A DNA stretch of 64,000 nt from assembly GCA_040285825.1 (NCBI GenBank), contig JAUPSS010000010.1, positions 434,001 through 498,000 on the forward strand, read 5' to 3'. The position numbers were made by a program, and so were the translations under genes. Origin of the DNA: Eukaryota sp. TZLM1-RC (taxonomy: Eukaryota; Protista; Metamonada: BaSk clade). Under the pieces are notes generated by a model. It worked only from the letters and a program-made list of their open reading frames with translations, was not told the origin of the DNA and searched no databases. Below are positions 39,342-52,445 of this stretch, piece by piece (the stretch's first letter is position 1; each line of letters starts with the position of its first letter).

Positions 39342-40101
39342 CTAAGAATTAGCTTCGCTTCCTAATTCTATTACTACGTCTAGGCCTGTTAGAAGGCGTA
39401 GACTCATTGGAGATACCTTGACGTCGACTAGTGGTACGTTTTCCCATTTTCGTGTTATCCTTACTAAATAACTTATAAGCTTTTGAATGTTTAACCGTAT
39501 GGAGAGGCTCTTCTGTTGTCTCACCGCCAAACAATTGAACAGTACAGAAACTACCTGAGTCAGAGCTATATTGTGAGAGGATTTTTCTATAACGTGTTTT
39601 TCAGCATCGCCTGCTGCGACTACTTTGAGGAATTCAATATCCTGTGGATTTTCAGCCTTATAGATTTTACAATCTTTCTTGGCAGCTTTTAATTCTGTGC
39701 CAGTAGTAAGATTCTTTAATAATAAAGTGGATTTGGAAGGAATGTCAATAACTAAGAATGGTTCATTCCAAGATCCATACAGTTTATTAGTTTGCTTGGT
39801 TTTACGTAAGACATAGTCCAATTAGCGCGAATTAGTATTATCTACTGAAGTCGGAGTATTAAATGTTTGGTGACGCTCCGCTTCTTGCCTTTTTTCTTTT
39901 AGACGAGTATTTTTCAATTCAATTTCATTTAATAAAGGCATAATGGTATCTAATTTGGATAAATTCCCTCATATGTTAGGAGGGTCTGTTCTTGCACTAC
40001 TCGAAGAACCGAACATAAGTTCGTAGGCAGTAAAACCTGTTTTTCTGCTTTTAGTAGAATTTAATAATAGTTGGGATATAGGTACATAGGTTGACCAATT
40101 T
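39342..40101 (-). mobile_element. Gypsy integrase C-terminal remnant (GPY/F-like, chromo-like, basic tail)
   Basis: DYVLRKT...KLYGSWNEPFLV...VAAGDAEKHVIEK parallels 18839-19534. Confidence 0.8.
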
Positions 40102-40300
40102 TGATGGTCTTGGCTGGTTAGTGTCGGACATAGCTGTATAAATGTAATGAGATTTATTAAGAAGAGGAATTGTATTCTCTCTCCTTGTACTAATTGGCAA
40201 AAACTAAATAAACTATAATACTAAGCTGTAAATACTATTCAAGACTAACACTGCATTTTCCTCTTTTTCGAGCGACGAGCCCTAGAAGCTCTGGTCAAAC
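40102..40300 (-). mobile_element. Family A 3' LTR (40102-40250) with PPT and short internal remnant
   Basis: Homologous to 4001-4148. Preceded on minus by GAAAAAGAGGAAAATGCAG and a basic-tail frame RASRARRSKKRKMQ. Confidence 0.85.
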
Positions 40301-40521
40301 TGCAAATGAGTTTTAAAAATCAGTAAAGATAATCCGCAAAAAATAAAGCGGTAGTATTGCTGTTTAATCAGGAACTTTGTTCAGTTATTTTAGCCCTATT
40401 GGTTCTCATTTTAATAAGCGTTGTAGTTCAATAGCACATTTATAGAGAGCAACATCGAACCAAAAGAGATAAATTTATAAAACAATTCTACATTCACCAA
40501 AAATATACATTTCTATTATAA

Positions 40522-41227
<706 letters not shown>

Positions 41228-41229
41228 TC

Positions 41230-41611
41230 AAAATACGAAGCCCTTCTACGACGTCTCAATGGAGCAAGAGGCAGAAACATCAAATTTATCGCAATTGCTG
41301 TTTCATTTTTTGTTACCCTTGGAACTGAAGGTCTCAATTATTTAGATGATTTAGGAAATCCTTTCAAAGAAAGTGGTCATCCATTCGATTTCTTGATTTG
41401 GAAAAACAGAATTGTATTTTCGTTATTCAAAGCTCTTCCTCGATATACCAACTCCATTTTGAATAACATTAGGGAGTTTTACAACAAGCGAGTTGCTATG
41501 CAAGTGAATAGCGAAAATCTCCCACCCTTCAATTGATGGTGTTCGAGTAGGTGCAAGTATTAGCTAAGGTTTGCTGTTGAGTTTTAAATTGTGACTGTTT
41601 CTGGAATAAAT
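41230..41611 (+). mobile_element. 3' fragment of a divergent RLE-type non-LTR element
   Basis: KY...FIAIAVSFFVTLG...WKNRIVFSLFK. The 3' UTR recurs at about 60880-60930. Confidence 0.65.
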
Positions 41612-42399
41612 TCTGTTATTCATTTCATTTATTCTTGAGAATTCGAAAGGTGTGGAATTTTCAAGCTTTTCTGGGGCAAAGAAACAGAAGTTGATTTGTT
41701 CTTATTAGTAAAGGTGGTAAAAAAGCTCGAAAACTCACAACTTTATTGTAGTTTAAGGTGTTTGCATTTTTTTCCAAAAATTAAATGTCCAACATCAGTT
41801 ATTGCTGTTCTCAGAACAATTGAACCAAATTCGAAACAATTCTGTTTACTCAAACGAGCGAACTTCGTAAAATAGTTTTAATTCGAAGAGAAGATTTAAT
41901 GCATTGTTGAGTGAGGTCATTGAACTAAATCGTCATATCAGAAGCTTCGTTACAGATTTTTATGATTGTGAAACAGAAAAAGGCAACTTCTAGTTGAAAT
42001 GTGACCGCTTCAGCTGAAATAACCACGTAATTCGGAATGAAGTATAACCAATTTTTGATTTATTGAACAGAATCACAGACTACGGTTTGTATTCACAAAT
42101 AGGTCCATTTTGCCTTCGTAATAAAATTCTTTACATCACTATAGTATGTTTAACCCCCACAGATCATCGTTAATTGTATTTTGAGACTGTTTTATTTACC
42201 CCTACTCACCTTCGATTTCATTACTATTTTTACACTACTTATTTCGACAAAGCTTTTCGTATTGCCTCAATTACCTTTTAATCGAGACATTAACAATTAA
42301 TGGATCTCAAGTATCCATTAATAAGTATAATGGATTGAATGCTATTCAAACAATACATTTTGATAAAAATTCCCAGTCACTGTAAGTCTACATACATCA

Positions 42400-43326
42400 A
42401 TGAAATGTGAGCGCTGCAATGAACAACGTGCTATAATGAAACGTCCAGTGAATCAAAAACCAGTCTGTAAGGAATGCTTCTACTATGAATTTGAAACAGA
42501 CGTTCATGATACTATTATCTCCAATTCTCTTTTCAAACCTGGTGAGAACGTTGCTCTTTGTGTTTCTGGAGGCAAAGATTCAGCCTGTCTCGCAGAAGTT
42601 GTTACACTCTTAAACAAACGTTATTCCTACAACATCAACCTCCATCTTTTATGTATAGATGAAGGGATACTGGGGTATCGTGACTTATCCCTTGAATGTG
42701 TTGACAAACTTCAACGTCGTTTAGATCTCCCCTTGGTTGTACTTTCATTTGCTGATTTGTTTGGTTTCTCTCTCGATGAAGCAATCTCAGTTAGTGGACA
42801 TTCCAAGTCGTGTACTGTTTGTGGTACACTTCGTCGACGTTCGCTCTCCATCGGTGGGAAGAAACTGAATGCAGACAAGCTTGTTCTTGGCCACAATGCT
42901 GACGATGCTGCAGAAACAGTTCTTTTGAATCTGATACGCGGAGATGCGTTGAAGTTGGTCAATAATGGGGCTTTTACACGTGCTGATAATGATATCCCTA
43001 GGGTCCGGCCATTTAATTATTCTTTTCAAAAAGAGATTGTGTTGTATTGTCATTTAAAAAAACTACCATATTTTAGTACAGAGTGTCTCTATGCACACTC
43101 AGCATTGAGGGGATCTGTCAGAAAAGCTATATTGGCTCTGAGTCGTCAAGAATCGAGAGCACCACTGAACATAATAGATTCTGCAAAGTCGTTTGAGTTA
43201 AAGGACAAACCAAAGGTGCAGGCAAGAGAAGGGTTTTGTGAAGTTTGTGGGAGTAGTTCTATACATGCAAAGTGTCAATCTTGTTTGGTTGTGGACAAGA
43301 TTTCTTTACAATTGAAGAATAGTTAG
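42400..43326 (+). CDS. CTU1: Cytoplasmic tRNA 2-thiolation protein 1 (Ncs6/Ctu1)
   Basis: N-terminal CxxC pairs, PP-loop SGGKDS, IDEGI, CTVCGTLRR, GHNADDAAETVLLN and C-terminal CxxC pairs. Confidence 0.92.
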   Translation: MKCERCNEQRAIMKRPVNQKPVCKECFYYEFETDVHDTIISNSLFKPGENVALCVSGGKDSACLAEVVTLLNKRYSYNINLHLLCIDEGILGYRDLSLECVDKLQRRLDLPLVVLSFADLFGFSLDEAISVSGHSKSCTVCGTLRRRSLSIGGKKLNADKLVLGHNADDAAETVLLNLIRGDALKLVNNGAFTRADNDIPRVRPFNYSFQKEIVLYCHLKKLPYFSTECLYAHSALRGSVRKAILALSRQESRAPLNIIDSAKSFELKDKPKVQAREGFCEVCGSSSIHAKCQSCLVVDKISLQLKNS

Positions 43327-44079
43327 TTTTGGTTTATTGAGCATTGTTTTACTGCCTTTGTACCAGTTTGTAGTGGGTGATTGAGTGATTAGTGACATTG
43401 TCAAGATCAACTCTTCCATTAGTTTTTTAGTAAATTAATTTTACGTTGTTGTTGTATTGGTTGTTCCTTTGTGAAATCTGCAACTAGAACAATGTTTATT
43501 TGATTAAAAAACAGCCGCATTTATAAAAAGATAATTAAATCTATTTAGACTTTCAGGTGGTGGACGCAATCTGAGTACCGTCCCAATACTTGAAGAACCA
43601 CATCAGTCATATTGATGAAACAACAGTTTAGATGCCCAAAACAGTTCCTCTTCGTGTTTAATTACTCCAATTCCTCAAATGTATGGTCTTCTTTTTTGAA
43701 ACTGAATTTGGAAAAAATCAAAATATTTATATAATATATTAAATTGGATATTATGACTAAGTTAACATTAATTATATTACAATAAGGTGTTTTTTTAAAT
43801 TTTATGTAATTACAAAACAAAACAAAATACAACACGTAAGAAACAAAATTCTCCACTTATATAATTAGTTTATTCCAGATTTGCTAAAAAAACAATAAAT
43901 TTGAATTCAGCAATGGAAACAAAGTCTACAAAGAGTACAACATCACTAATCATTTAAAGACAAGATATAACTCAGTAGCTCAACCATGCCGTTTAATTGA
44001 AAAGGCCAAAAAATGGTTCAGTTTAAGAAAATTGTTTAACAATGATTGAAATGAACAAGATGCCAACATTGCCTAAATT

Positions 44080-45231
44080 AAATTTTATTTTTGAATTTTT
44101 CCAAAGGTTCCCTTATGATGTTCATCTGATCCAAGGTGAATCAAATTTCTATTTAATTCAACTTCAAATTCAATTAGATCATTTGCCTAGTGATATCTGG
44201 ATTCAGTGTTTTCCTCAGAATGTTCAAGAAATTCCCAACCGTTCACTTCTAAATTTACGTTTTTGCTTGAAAAAGCTTCAACATCATTTGGTTAAATTAT
44301 TTGAAAGCTTGGATTACGAAGTAAGACTTGGCTTGGCCAAAACTGAAAATTCCACTTTTGGAAATTTTTTAAAGGACGTTCGTAATAGTTCTGTTGCTGC
44401 TTTAGTTACTCAAATTCCCTCTGTTTATGGACTTTTGTTAAAACACAGTGAATGCCTTTTAAACATGCGTTTTCATTGTTTTTTATGGTCAAACAATTTG
44501 CCCAATCATTTAATATGTAAATGTGGTTAACCTCTTTTGTTTACTCATCTTTTGAACTGTGAGCATTTTATTACATTTAGAAGCAAAGTGCATAATAATG
44601 TCAGGGACCAAATTTATGTAATGTGCAAATCATATCGAGTAGATTCCATTTCAGAGCCTTTGTTATCAAAATTAATTCTTGATGACCCCAATATTGATAG
44701 TACGCGCTACAACAGAGCTTCTATGGGTCTGACAAGAGGTGATTTGGTTGTTCCCGGCTTAAATGGTAGTTTTACTATTTCAGACGCCATGTCCAAAGTT
44801 GTAATTCTTCTAACGAACAATTCACTAACTCAGATGTCAATAATTTTCTTTTTGCTGGCAAAAATACTAAATTGCTGAATTTGCGGAACCCATTTCCTCA
44901 GTAAATGAAAATTCTCGTGTCCAATATAATTGATTTCTCTTTGTTTTTTCCGTGGTTGGATCTTTAGGTAAGGCTGCTATGGCTTTCCTTGAGGATTTTG
45001 ATGTAGTTGTAAAGCAAAAAACTGGAAGAATTGTTAATCGTGTTTACTGGCAGAACAGGATTGTATTTTCTATTTTTTAGGGAATGGTGAAATAAATTTC
45101 TAATTCACCCTCTTCCTTTGGTAAATTTTCTGAATCTTTAGTAATTAGCTGTTTTGACGTAGGAAAGGCACATTTTGAGGATGTGGAGCTTTAATTGTGT
45201 ATTTGATGATTTTATTCTTTATTCAATAAAT
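44080..45231 (+). mobile_element. Decayed RLE-type non-LTR element (subfamily of 38260-39281)
   Basis: High identity to 38260-39281 with stops and frameshifts. Ends at ttcaataaa. Confidence 0.88.
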
Positions 45232-45695
45232 CAATTTGAAGAAAAACATTGCCAAAGACCTACTTGTAAACATAGTTGTAGATTACGTCATGACGTCATG
45301 ACAAATCATGAATTTTGTAAGGGTTTTATTTTCAATTATTTTACCAATAAGCTAATTACGGAAGTGAATACGCGAAAACAATCTCCATACATATTTCTGA
45401 AATTCAATTTGAATTATTCAAATTGTTCAATGAAGTTGCAACTTTCCAAAGCAATCTTGTTCCACCATGAGTCTTTCTGTTCCTTCAGGATTCTCGTTTC
45501 ACAGTACAAAAAGCAACTATCCCATATTTCTATGGTGTCATTTATGATTATTCTAATAGATCTATTTTGCATTTAGTTGTAGTTTTATTGAATAAAGAGT
45601 ATTATAAATGAAGAAACAATAATTCGCAAGGAGTGAACACCTCTTGCACCTTTTGCTGTAATGACATCATGACAAGAAGGGTTTGAGTGTAATCT

Positions 45696-47072
45696 TCAAC
45701 TATGCTTGTAAACCATGATTTCCCTTATTAAGTTTGCATGTGCTGGTAAGCAATCTTCTTCCATTAACTTGTCCATTTGCTCAAAGGCTCCATTCATGGT
45801 TAACTTTTCTTGAAATACAGAGATAGATCCATCCTTAGTTAGCATCGATAAGATAGCTTCAAGAGCTCCGAAAACCAGATCCTGGCGATCATTACTAAGA
45901 TGTCTGCATATCGCATCAACAGCTCCAACATTAGCCAAAGCTACGGACTGTGCATAATCTGCGCCCACAAAAGCGTTTATTATGACAAAAAACGCTTCTT
46001 CACTTACATTTTCATTGACCATGTTGATAATGTGGGTAGCAAGGTCATCCTTGAGTAAGTGATCAACAAATGGTCCTGATTCATCAATCACAATGTTTGA
46101 CAGTACTAATAAGGCATCTTTGGTATCTTTGGCATTGGCACCATTATGTAATATTTCGTTTCCAATGTAATCCGTAACCTTATCGTTCACCAGTATTTGT
46201 GTATAGTAATCTGAATCAGCAATAATGTTACCTATAGTTCTGAATGCAGCTTTTGATGTAGTTTTCGTGTTGGAATCAATCAAATCTCTCATATTGACCA
46301 GCAACTCTGTATCAAAGTAATCTTCCTCCAAGACCTCGATATCTGTAATAAATGCGATAGTCCATGCAATGTCGTTTGTTGTTTCACTTGTTAAATGAGT
46401 ATAATCATTGAACAAAATCGTGGCGATATAAATAATTTTGGGAATTAGAAATTCAAACTCCACATCAAAAGTAGGACGAACAATGTTCATCATTGTCCAA
46501 ATGAACCGAGCAACTGCTGCTTCAAATGCATTGTCATTTAACTGAATGAGATGACGTCCTCTATCCAGAATGCAGTCTCCATAGGTTCTCAATACGGTGT
46601 TTCTGTGATCTGTGTCCCCTATAATGTTACCAATAGCCACATATGCCAACTCTACTATTTTTGGATTTTCTCCCTTCATGAGAGAGATGATTGTCCCCAG
46701 AAAATCAGTGTTGACCAGGGTATTCAGAGCCTCCCCAGACACAGAAGCAAGATTGGCTAGGATACATGATGATTCTAGTCGTAGTTCAAAGGCACAGGTC
46801 TGGTCAGTGGCTAGTTCACAAAGGCGACTTACTAAGTTTGGGTGATTGATGATAGTGTGGCAATTTTCAGTGTATTGTTCATCATGAACTAATATAGATT
46901 TCATTGTACGTACTGATTGTAGTTGCATCGACTGATCTGATTGAAAAAGATCTTCCAAAGTAGACTGGAGAAAAGAAGTGTGTGAACGACAGAGTTTAGA
47001 CGTCTCTGAAGTAGACTCTTGTGTGTAAGGTTTACTGATATGCATCGACATTTTTTGACGAAATGATTTCAT
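45696..47072 (-). CDS. Divergent armadillo-repeat protein, importin-alpha-like
   Basis: Repeated ARM helix-3 motifs (ILANLAS, AIGNIIGD, WTMMNI, WTIAFITD, RTIGNIIAD, LSNI) in importin-alpha order. Confidence 0.75.
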   Translation of the reverse strand: MKSFRQKMSMHISKPYTQESTSETSKLCRSHTSFLQSTLEDLFQSDQSMQLQSVRTMKSILVHDEQYTENCHTIINHPNLVSRLCELATDQTCAFELRLESSCILANLASVSGEALNTLVNTDFLGTIISLMKGENPKIVELAYVAIGNIIGDTDHRNTVLRTYGDCILDRGRHLIQLNDNAFEAAVARFIWTMMNIVRPTFDVEFEFLIPKIIYIATILFNDYTHLTSETTNDIAWTIAFITDIEVLEEDYFDTELLVNMRDLIDSNTKTTSKAAFRTIGNIIADSDYYTQILVNDKVTDYIGNEILHNGANAKDTKDALLVLSNIVIDESGPFVDHLLKDDLATHIINMVNENVSEEAFFVIINAFVGADYAQSVALANVGAVDAICRHLSNDRQDLVFGALEAILSMLTKDGSISVFQEKLTMNGAFEQMDKLMEEDCLPAHANLIREIMVYKHS

Positions 47073-47531
47073 AGAATTGTATTACTATTTTTAAAGGTTT
47101 TGTCCGCTTATCATCTTCTGTTCATTATCTCTTGGCCGTTTTCATAAAGGAAAAACTTCCTGTCAATTCTTTTTGGCAGATTCGGGGCATGAAGATTCAG
47201 AATTTTAGGTTTGTTGTTCAGTTTTCCGTTGATATGAGTTAATAGAAAAGTTTGTGAAGATCAATCTCTTACAATGCATCAAACAACCGAGTAAACTTTC
47301 CTCAAAGTGGTACCCTATCAAAAAGTACTTATCAATTCGCACAGTCTATGCGTGTCCGTGCATTAACCCATACTATTTCATTGTTGAATGACTAGTAGTT
47401 GCAAATCACGTTAAATCAAAGTCAAGTTAGCGAATTTGACAGATTTCAAATTCAATTACAATTTAAATTAAATTTGATTTGATTTATATTCCCAAAATTA
47501 CCAGTGTCTTCACACAATACGACAAGCTCTT

Positions 47532-48091
47532 CCCAACCTCTTTCTTCTTCAATGTCTTTACATCCTGTATATCAACTTATTGAAAAGGTTTCTTCTGAGA
47601 AAAAATATAAACGTGTCTGTGCCAAGTGCTTATATTGTTCTAGAGCATTGAAAGGTTCTGCCAGAAGATTCACTACCCATTTTGTAGCAGAAAACAGATC
47701 TTGTTACGCATTATGCAAAAATCTGTCTACCATCCCTTTGGATCTTTTGAATGTAGTTCGTGCTCGGGAGGGGTATCCATCGTTACCTTTATCAACTGAA
47801 GAAACCAGTAATATACCAGTCCTCAAACAACCACGTATAGAAGACACCACAAAAGACTTTAACAGTGAAGATTTTAAGAGAAGGGCTGATAATCTGCTAA
47901 TAAAGTGGGTTTGTGCCTCTGGTATTTCACTACATGCAGTGTCATCACCCGAATTTTCTACGTTTACTGATTTCATATCTTCAGCAAGATACAATGCGCC
48001 CTCTGATGGCTATCTCGAGTCACACATTGCTCCCAAGGACAGGCAGCCTGCAGTGCAGGAACAGTCATCTAATAAGAGTGTTACGAGTTGA
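47532..48091 (+). mobile_element. Truncated hAT-like transposase (BED finger + start of the catalytic region)
   Basis: KCLYC...GSARRFTTHF...C followed by LIKWVCASGISLHAVSSPEF...YNAPS, typical of hAT transposase N-terminal halves. Confidence 0.65.
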
Positions 48092-49395
48092 AGTTGCAGT
48101 AATCTTTGCAGCTACAGCTTCTCTTTATTTTCCTTTATTTTTGGTTCCGTTCGATCAAGGACTTCTGGGACGTTTATAACCAGCGTTTTGTGATTTCTTT
48201 TATTTTTTTATTAATTTCTTTCTATTTATTTATAGAAAATGCTATCTGTTGTCAAAAAAATTAGTAAAACAAAAACAAGCGATTTATTTTTCAACTATTT
48301 CAACTATTTTATATTTTTTTATTTATTCTTCGTCTATTTTTTCAATGAAATCAATTGTCTTTCAGAAATTTTTCCTCTAGTTTTATTCCAATTAATTCTT
48401 CAATGATTTTATGTATATATAATAAATATATATGTATGAATTTATGTCACTATTAGTCCTTGATCTACATCTCTTTCAAACAATTCAGTTTTAAAACTTT
48501 AAAAAATAACCCAAAGTGTATAATGGTATTCCTGACCAGAACATGTCATAGTACGCTGATTTGATTCTTCAAAAAACAAAAAAAAACAAAAATAAGGAAA
48601 AAAACTCAATTTACCTTGTAATCAAAAAGGTTATAAGAAAAGAAACACTAAAATAAAAAAAATAAACAATAATTTGATTGATATTTTGATTGATATTTTG
48701 ATTGATTCTTGTTATTGTCACAAGGGAATCTGTGAATCCAGTTACTATTTGATCTGAAATGTTGCAAAATAAACTCAGGGCCAAAGATTCCATTTAAAAG
48801 ATGTGAATAAACAATTGTTGTGGTAAAGTTTCCGAACAGTGAGCTAGTAAACCAGGCATATTTTTCAAACCTGTTCAAAGGATCCTGAATTATATACATG
48901 TTGATCGATTCGAACGGTTTTACTTTTAACAATTCAAAAATATAGAGGATAAAATGTACTAGAATTTCATAAAAATACTATTAAATATTTCAAAACATAA
49001 TTAAATATTTCATTCAAATAGTTTTACAATGCACTGGGTATTCTGTAGCTAACAGTAATTGGGATTTAGCTTACAAATTGAAACTTAAATATTGAATTAT
49101 TAGCTGTAGGTGATTCCATAATGCGAGTTCAACGTTTCAGTTACAAAGACAATAATAATAGGATCACTAGCTTTACATAAAAAGCTTGAGATCCTCTCAC
49201 TGTGTTGCAATATGTACTAGCCTTGGTGACATCACCAACTTATGACATAATTGAATCTTGAAAAAGTGCTTGTTAGAAACAATGTATTAACATTCAGCAG
49301 TGATACTGACTTTATTATGCTATTAAAAATCAAATGCAATACCTATATCAGTGGAATCAGAAGAAGAGGTGTCTTCAGAAATAACAACACCAACA

Positions 49396-50215
49396 TTAAG
49401 ACACGGCGCTATAACTGCTGAACCACTGTTGTTGTGCTATTTCACAAACCCTACACTGAGGTCCATTGTCGGGACCACAATAACCATCAGTTCCTGGATT
49501 ATTGAAGAGAACCATAGCACCACAATAAACAGTGTCTTTGTCAGAACCTGTCTTGCCACAAATTCTACCTTCCCTGTTAACAAGGTAACCAGAGGGTAAG
49601 GAACGTGCGCTGATGTCGAGCTTCATACATTGTGTACAGTTGCAACCGTTACGCCTGGAGTAAGAAGAAGTGAGAAAAGACATACGGTCCACATTCACCA
49701 TCACAGCAGTCACAGTCAAGACTTCGGTTTCCACAATAGTATTTTCCAGTTGTTCCTATTCTGCACAAATCACCATTGTCGTTTCTTCTTGGTAAAATAA
49801 TATTATTTTTGTTTGCAACTGATACAGTGTTGTTGGACTGAGAGGTGGAGCTAAATGCTCTGATCAAGTCAAGATGATGTTCTGAAGCGATGTGTTTGGC
49901 AAAATCATCAAATCTCACATTGTTTTTGCATATCTTACATTCATGTGCCTTTTTGGGACATTTGAAATGGTGATCTCTAAGATTGCCTCTTGTGGTCTCA
50001 TACATGCAATCTGGACAAGCTATAGGAAGAGAGTCAACGATACGTCGAATGGAGTAGTTGGGCTTGAACGAGGGATTGCGAGCACAACAAGAGTGACATT
50101 GGGATCTGTTCAGACGTTTTTGACATTGTTCACAGAAGAGAGAATGACAACATTGAGATTCAAGAGCATCAGTAGCGATATCAAGACAGACTCCACATGC
50201 AAGATGCTTCTCCAT
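49396..50215 (-). CDS. RING + TRAF/SINA-type zinc finger protein with a duplicated Cys-rich C-terminal module; complement(join(49396..49654,49686..50215))
   Basis: CGVC...CCHSLFCEQC...CHSC RING and CPDC...H...C zinc fingers. A 31-nt GTATGT...CAG intron joins CGP-RNGCNC. Confidence 0.8.
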
Positions 50216-51499
50216 TATCTAATTTGAATCTAAAAATGGGCCAAATCGAATAAAAATTTGACCTTCTTGAACTGTGGTTGATTTTTATGTTGAATACAAT
50301 TCCCCCAAACATTCCCAATTTCAGTTTCCCCCCAAAACTCCCCCAAAACTCCCCCAAACAATATGCTATTGTGGATATAATCCCATTGCCCAACCTTTTG
50401 TTATGTCTCTTTCTGCTAAGTTCGATTGCCCTCGATGTCAGACCAACTGGTCTAGGGACATCTCAGCCTCCAGAAACCAGCTGGAGATTGCAATTAGTGA
50501 GTATTTCACTGGTACTAGGCCAGAACCATTCAAAAGGCCAAGGCGTGTGAGACGTCTAAGAAGACAGCAGTAGTTGTTTTAATCAACGTATGTCCAAGGT
50601 GTTTAGTGTATACTAACCCTTGGTGCTGAGAAGTTTACACAATTATTAGGGATATTTATTCAATATTCACTCTTTGTGAAATTCTCAGAAGCAATATAGA
50701 GATTTATAATAATATCAGGTTTGTAGATTTTAACAAAGCTACAACAGCTTCTCATTATCACGTTTATCAAACAAAAGTCCCTCTACCATAATAACAAAGT
50801 TAACGAAGGAAAAAAATAAATATGTTTATCTGGAACTAAAGAAAAGAGGTGATCAGTTTTTAGAGGCATCAATTAATTTTGATCAGAGGTGAATCAGAGG
50901 TGAATGGAATGGGAATGGGAATGATGATTCACCAAACTTGCAATTCACAGAAGTAAAATTTTCTTATTGATCTTGCACACTTAACAAAATAAACTCAGAT
51001 CTAATGGGACGAAATTCATTGAACCAAGATTTCCTCTACAAGAACTTGATCTACTCGTTGTCTCGCTATAGCTTCTCTAGTTCGCTTGAAAAACCGAGGC
51101 AATCTATTAAAGATGGCAAATTGAGTTCGAGGGCGGATAAACAATATCAAATCTTTTTATTGTTTTTTCTTGAACCAATTTTAAAAATAGAAATCAAATA
51201 AAACCATCAATGCAATAATCATGAACAAGAAATTTGGACTCTTTTAGAAAATACAAGACTATGTTCAATTCTTTTGCACAAAATTTTATTTATTTTCAAC
51301 GAGAAACTAAACAACAAACTTAAAATTATAAATCTTCATATCCCAAATCAGACAAAAAGAAGTGACTAGAAGGTTTTGTAAAAACGACCAAAAGATAATA
51401 AAACAGAAGAAAATAAGGGGACAACTTTAGAAATGTTTGATTAGATATACATCATTTTACGGGGAAAAAATTCAATAATTATGAAATTTTTTTAACTGG

Positions 51500-52130
51500 A
51501 ATATTTATTGAGATAAAAAAACCCATCTAGAATTCAATATCCTCCAAACAAGCGTCACTATTACTAAACCTACTCACAGCATTACGTTCATATTCTACAC
51601 CAATAGCTAAAAGTGCCTTTGAAATCATTGTTGGAAGAGACTTGAAAATGCAAAAAACAATTCTATTTGACCAGAAAGTGGAATTCATTGTTTTACCAGA
51701 CCTATTCAGTAACACTTTTTTGAAATTTTCAAAAAAGTGCAACCCTGAAGGTCCAATATTGCCAAAAAGAGAAATTGCAAACGGCACAAACTGATATTTC
51801 ACATGTTCCATTCTACCTAACTGTGCCAGAGGTTCTTCATATTTTTTTATCTTCTTTTTTCGGCGTTAGATAACGGCGAATCAGCGGAATACACTAAACG
51901 AGCAGCAGAATTTTTGCAAACATCAACTGTGACAACATCTACAACATTGAGAACACCATCGATCCCTGGAGCTACTAAATCTGCCCTTCTTTTAAAAAAG
52001 GAATCATCAGTTTGATCTGAAGACAGCTTACGTACTAATGGCTCAATAAATGCCTCTATATTGAAACTTTTGCACATGGCATATAATTGATCACGAACTG
52101 AGTCATGAACAATTGAGCGATAAATTATAA
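51500..52130 (-). mobile_element. 5'-truncated RLE-type non-LTR element
   Basis: HDSVRDQLYAMCKS, RRADLV...VVDVVTVD, AEK and WSNRIVF motifs, one frameshift, AATAAA end. Confidence 0.85.
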
Positions 52131-52445
52131 AATACTAAGAAAAAAATTGCAATGTCAATCCAATCAAAAATTGGTCAAGAAAGGACTTGATACTACTGCA
52201 ACTTTTTCGCTTGTGATGATTAATAGTAAGTGTTGGTTAAGTTTGACAATTTTCTGTATCAATCAAAGGCATTGAGGTAATAGTGTTTAAATGGATTAAT
52301 TCACTTACAGCTTTCTGTTGCCGAAAATTCTAAAAATGATAAATATAAAGCAAAGTTGGTTTCCTTGAATGCTGAATCTCACACTCATTATGTCCTTTGT
52401 CCATTTGCAGTTTTCCTTACTTTGTACGCTTGAACCACTTGCTCT

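Noticed and set aside
40102-40250. Solo LTR
   Set aside because: The flanks (ATTT/CTGC) are not a TSD and a PPT abuts it, so it is a 3' LTR of a truncated element.
50274-50573. Small ORF with CYC and FDCPRCQTNWS (3CxxC-like zinc finger)
   Set aside because: No in-frame upstream ATG, too short, and overlaps CCCCAAAACT low-complexity repeats, so it cannot be supported.
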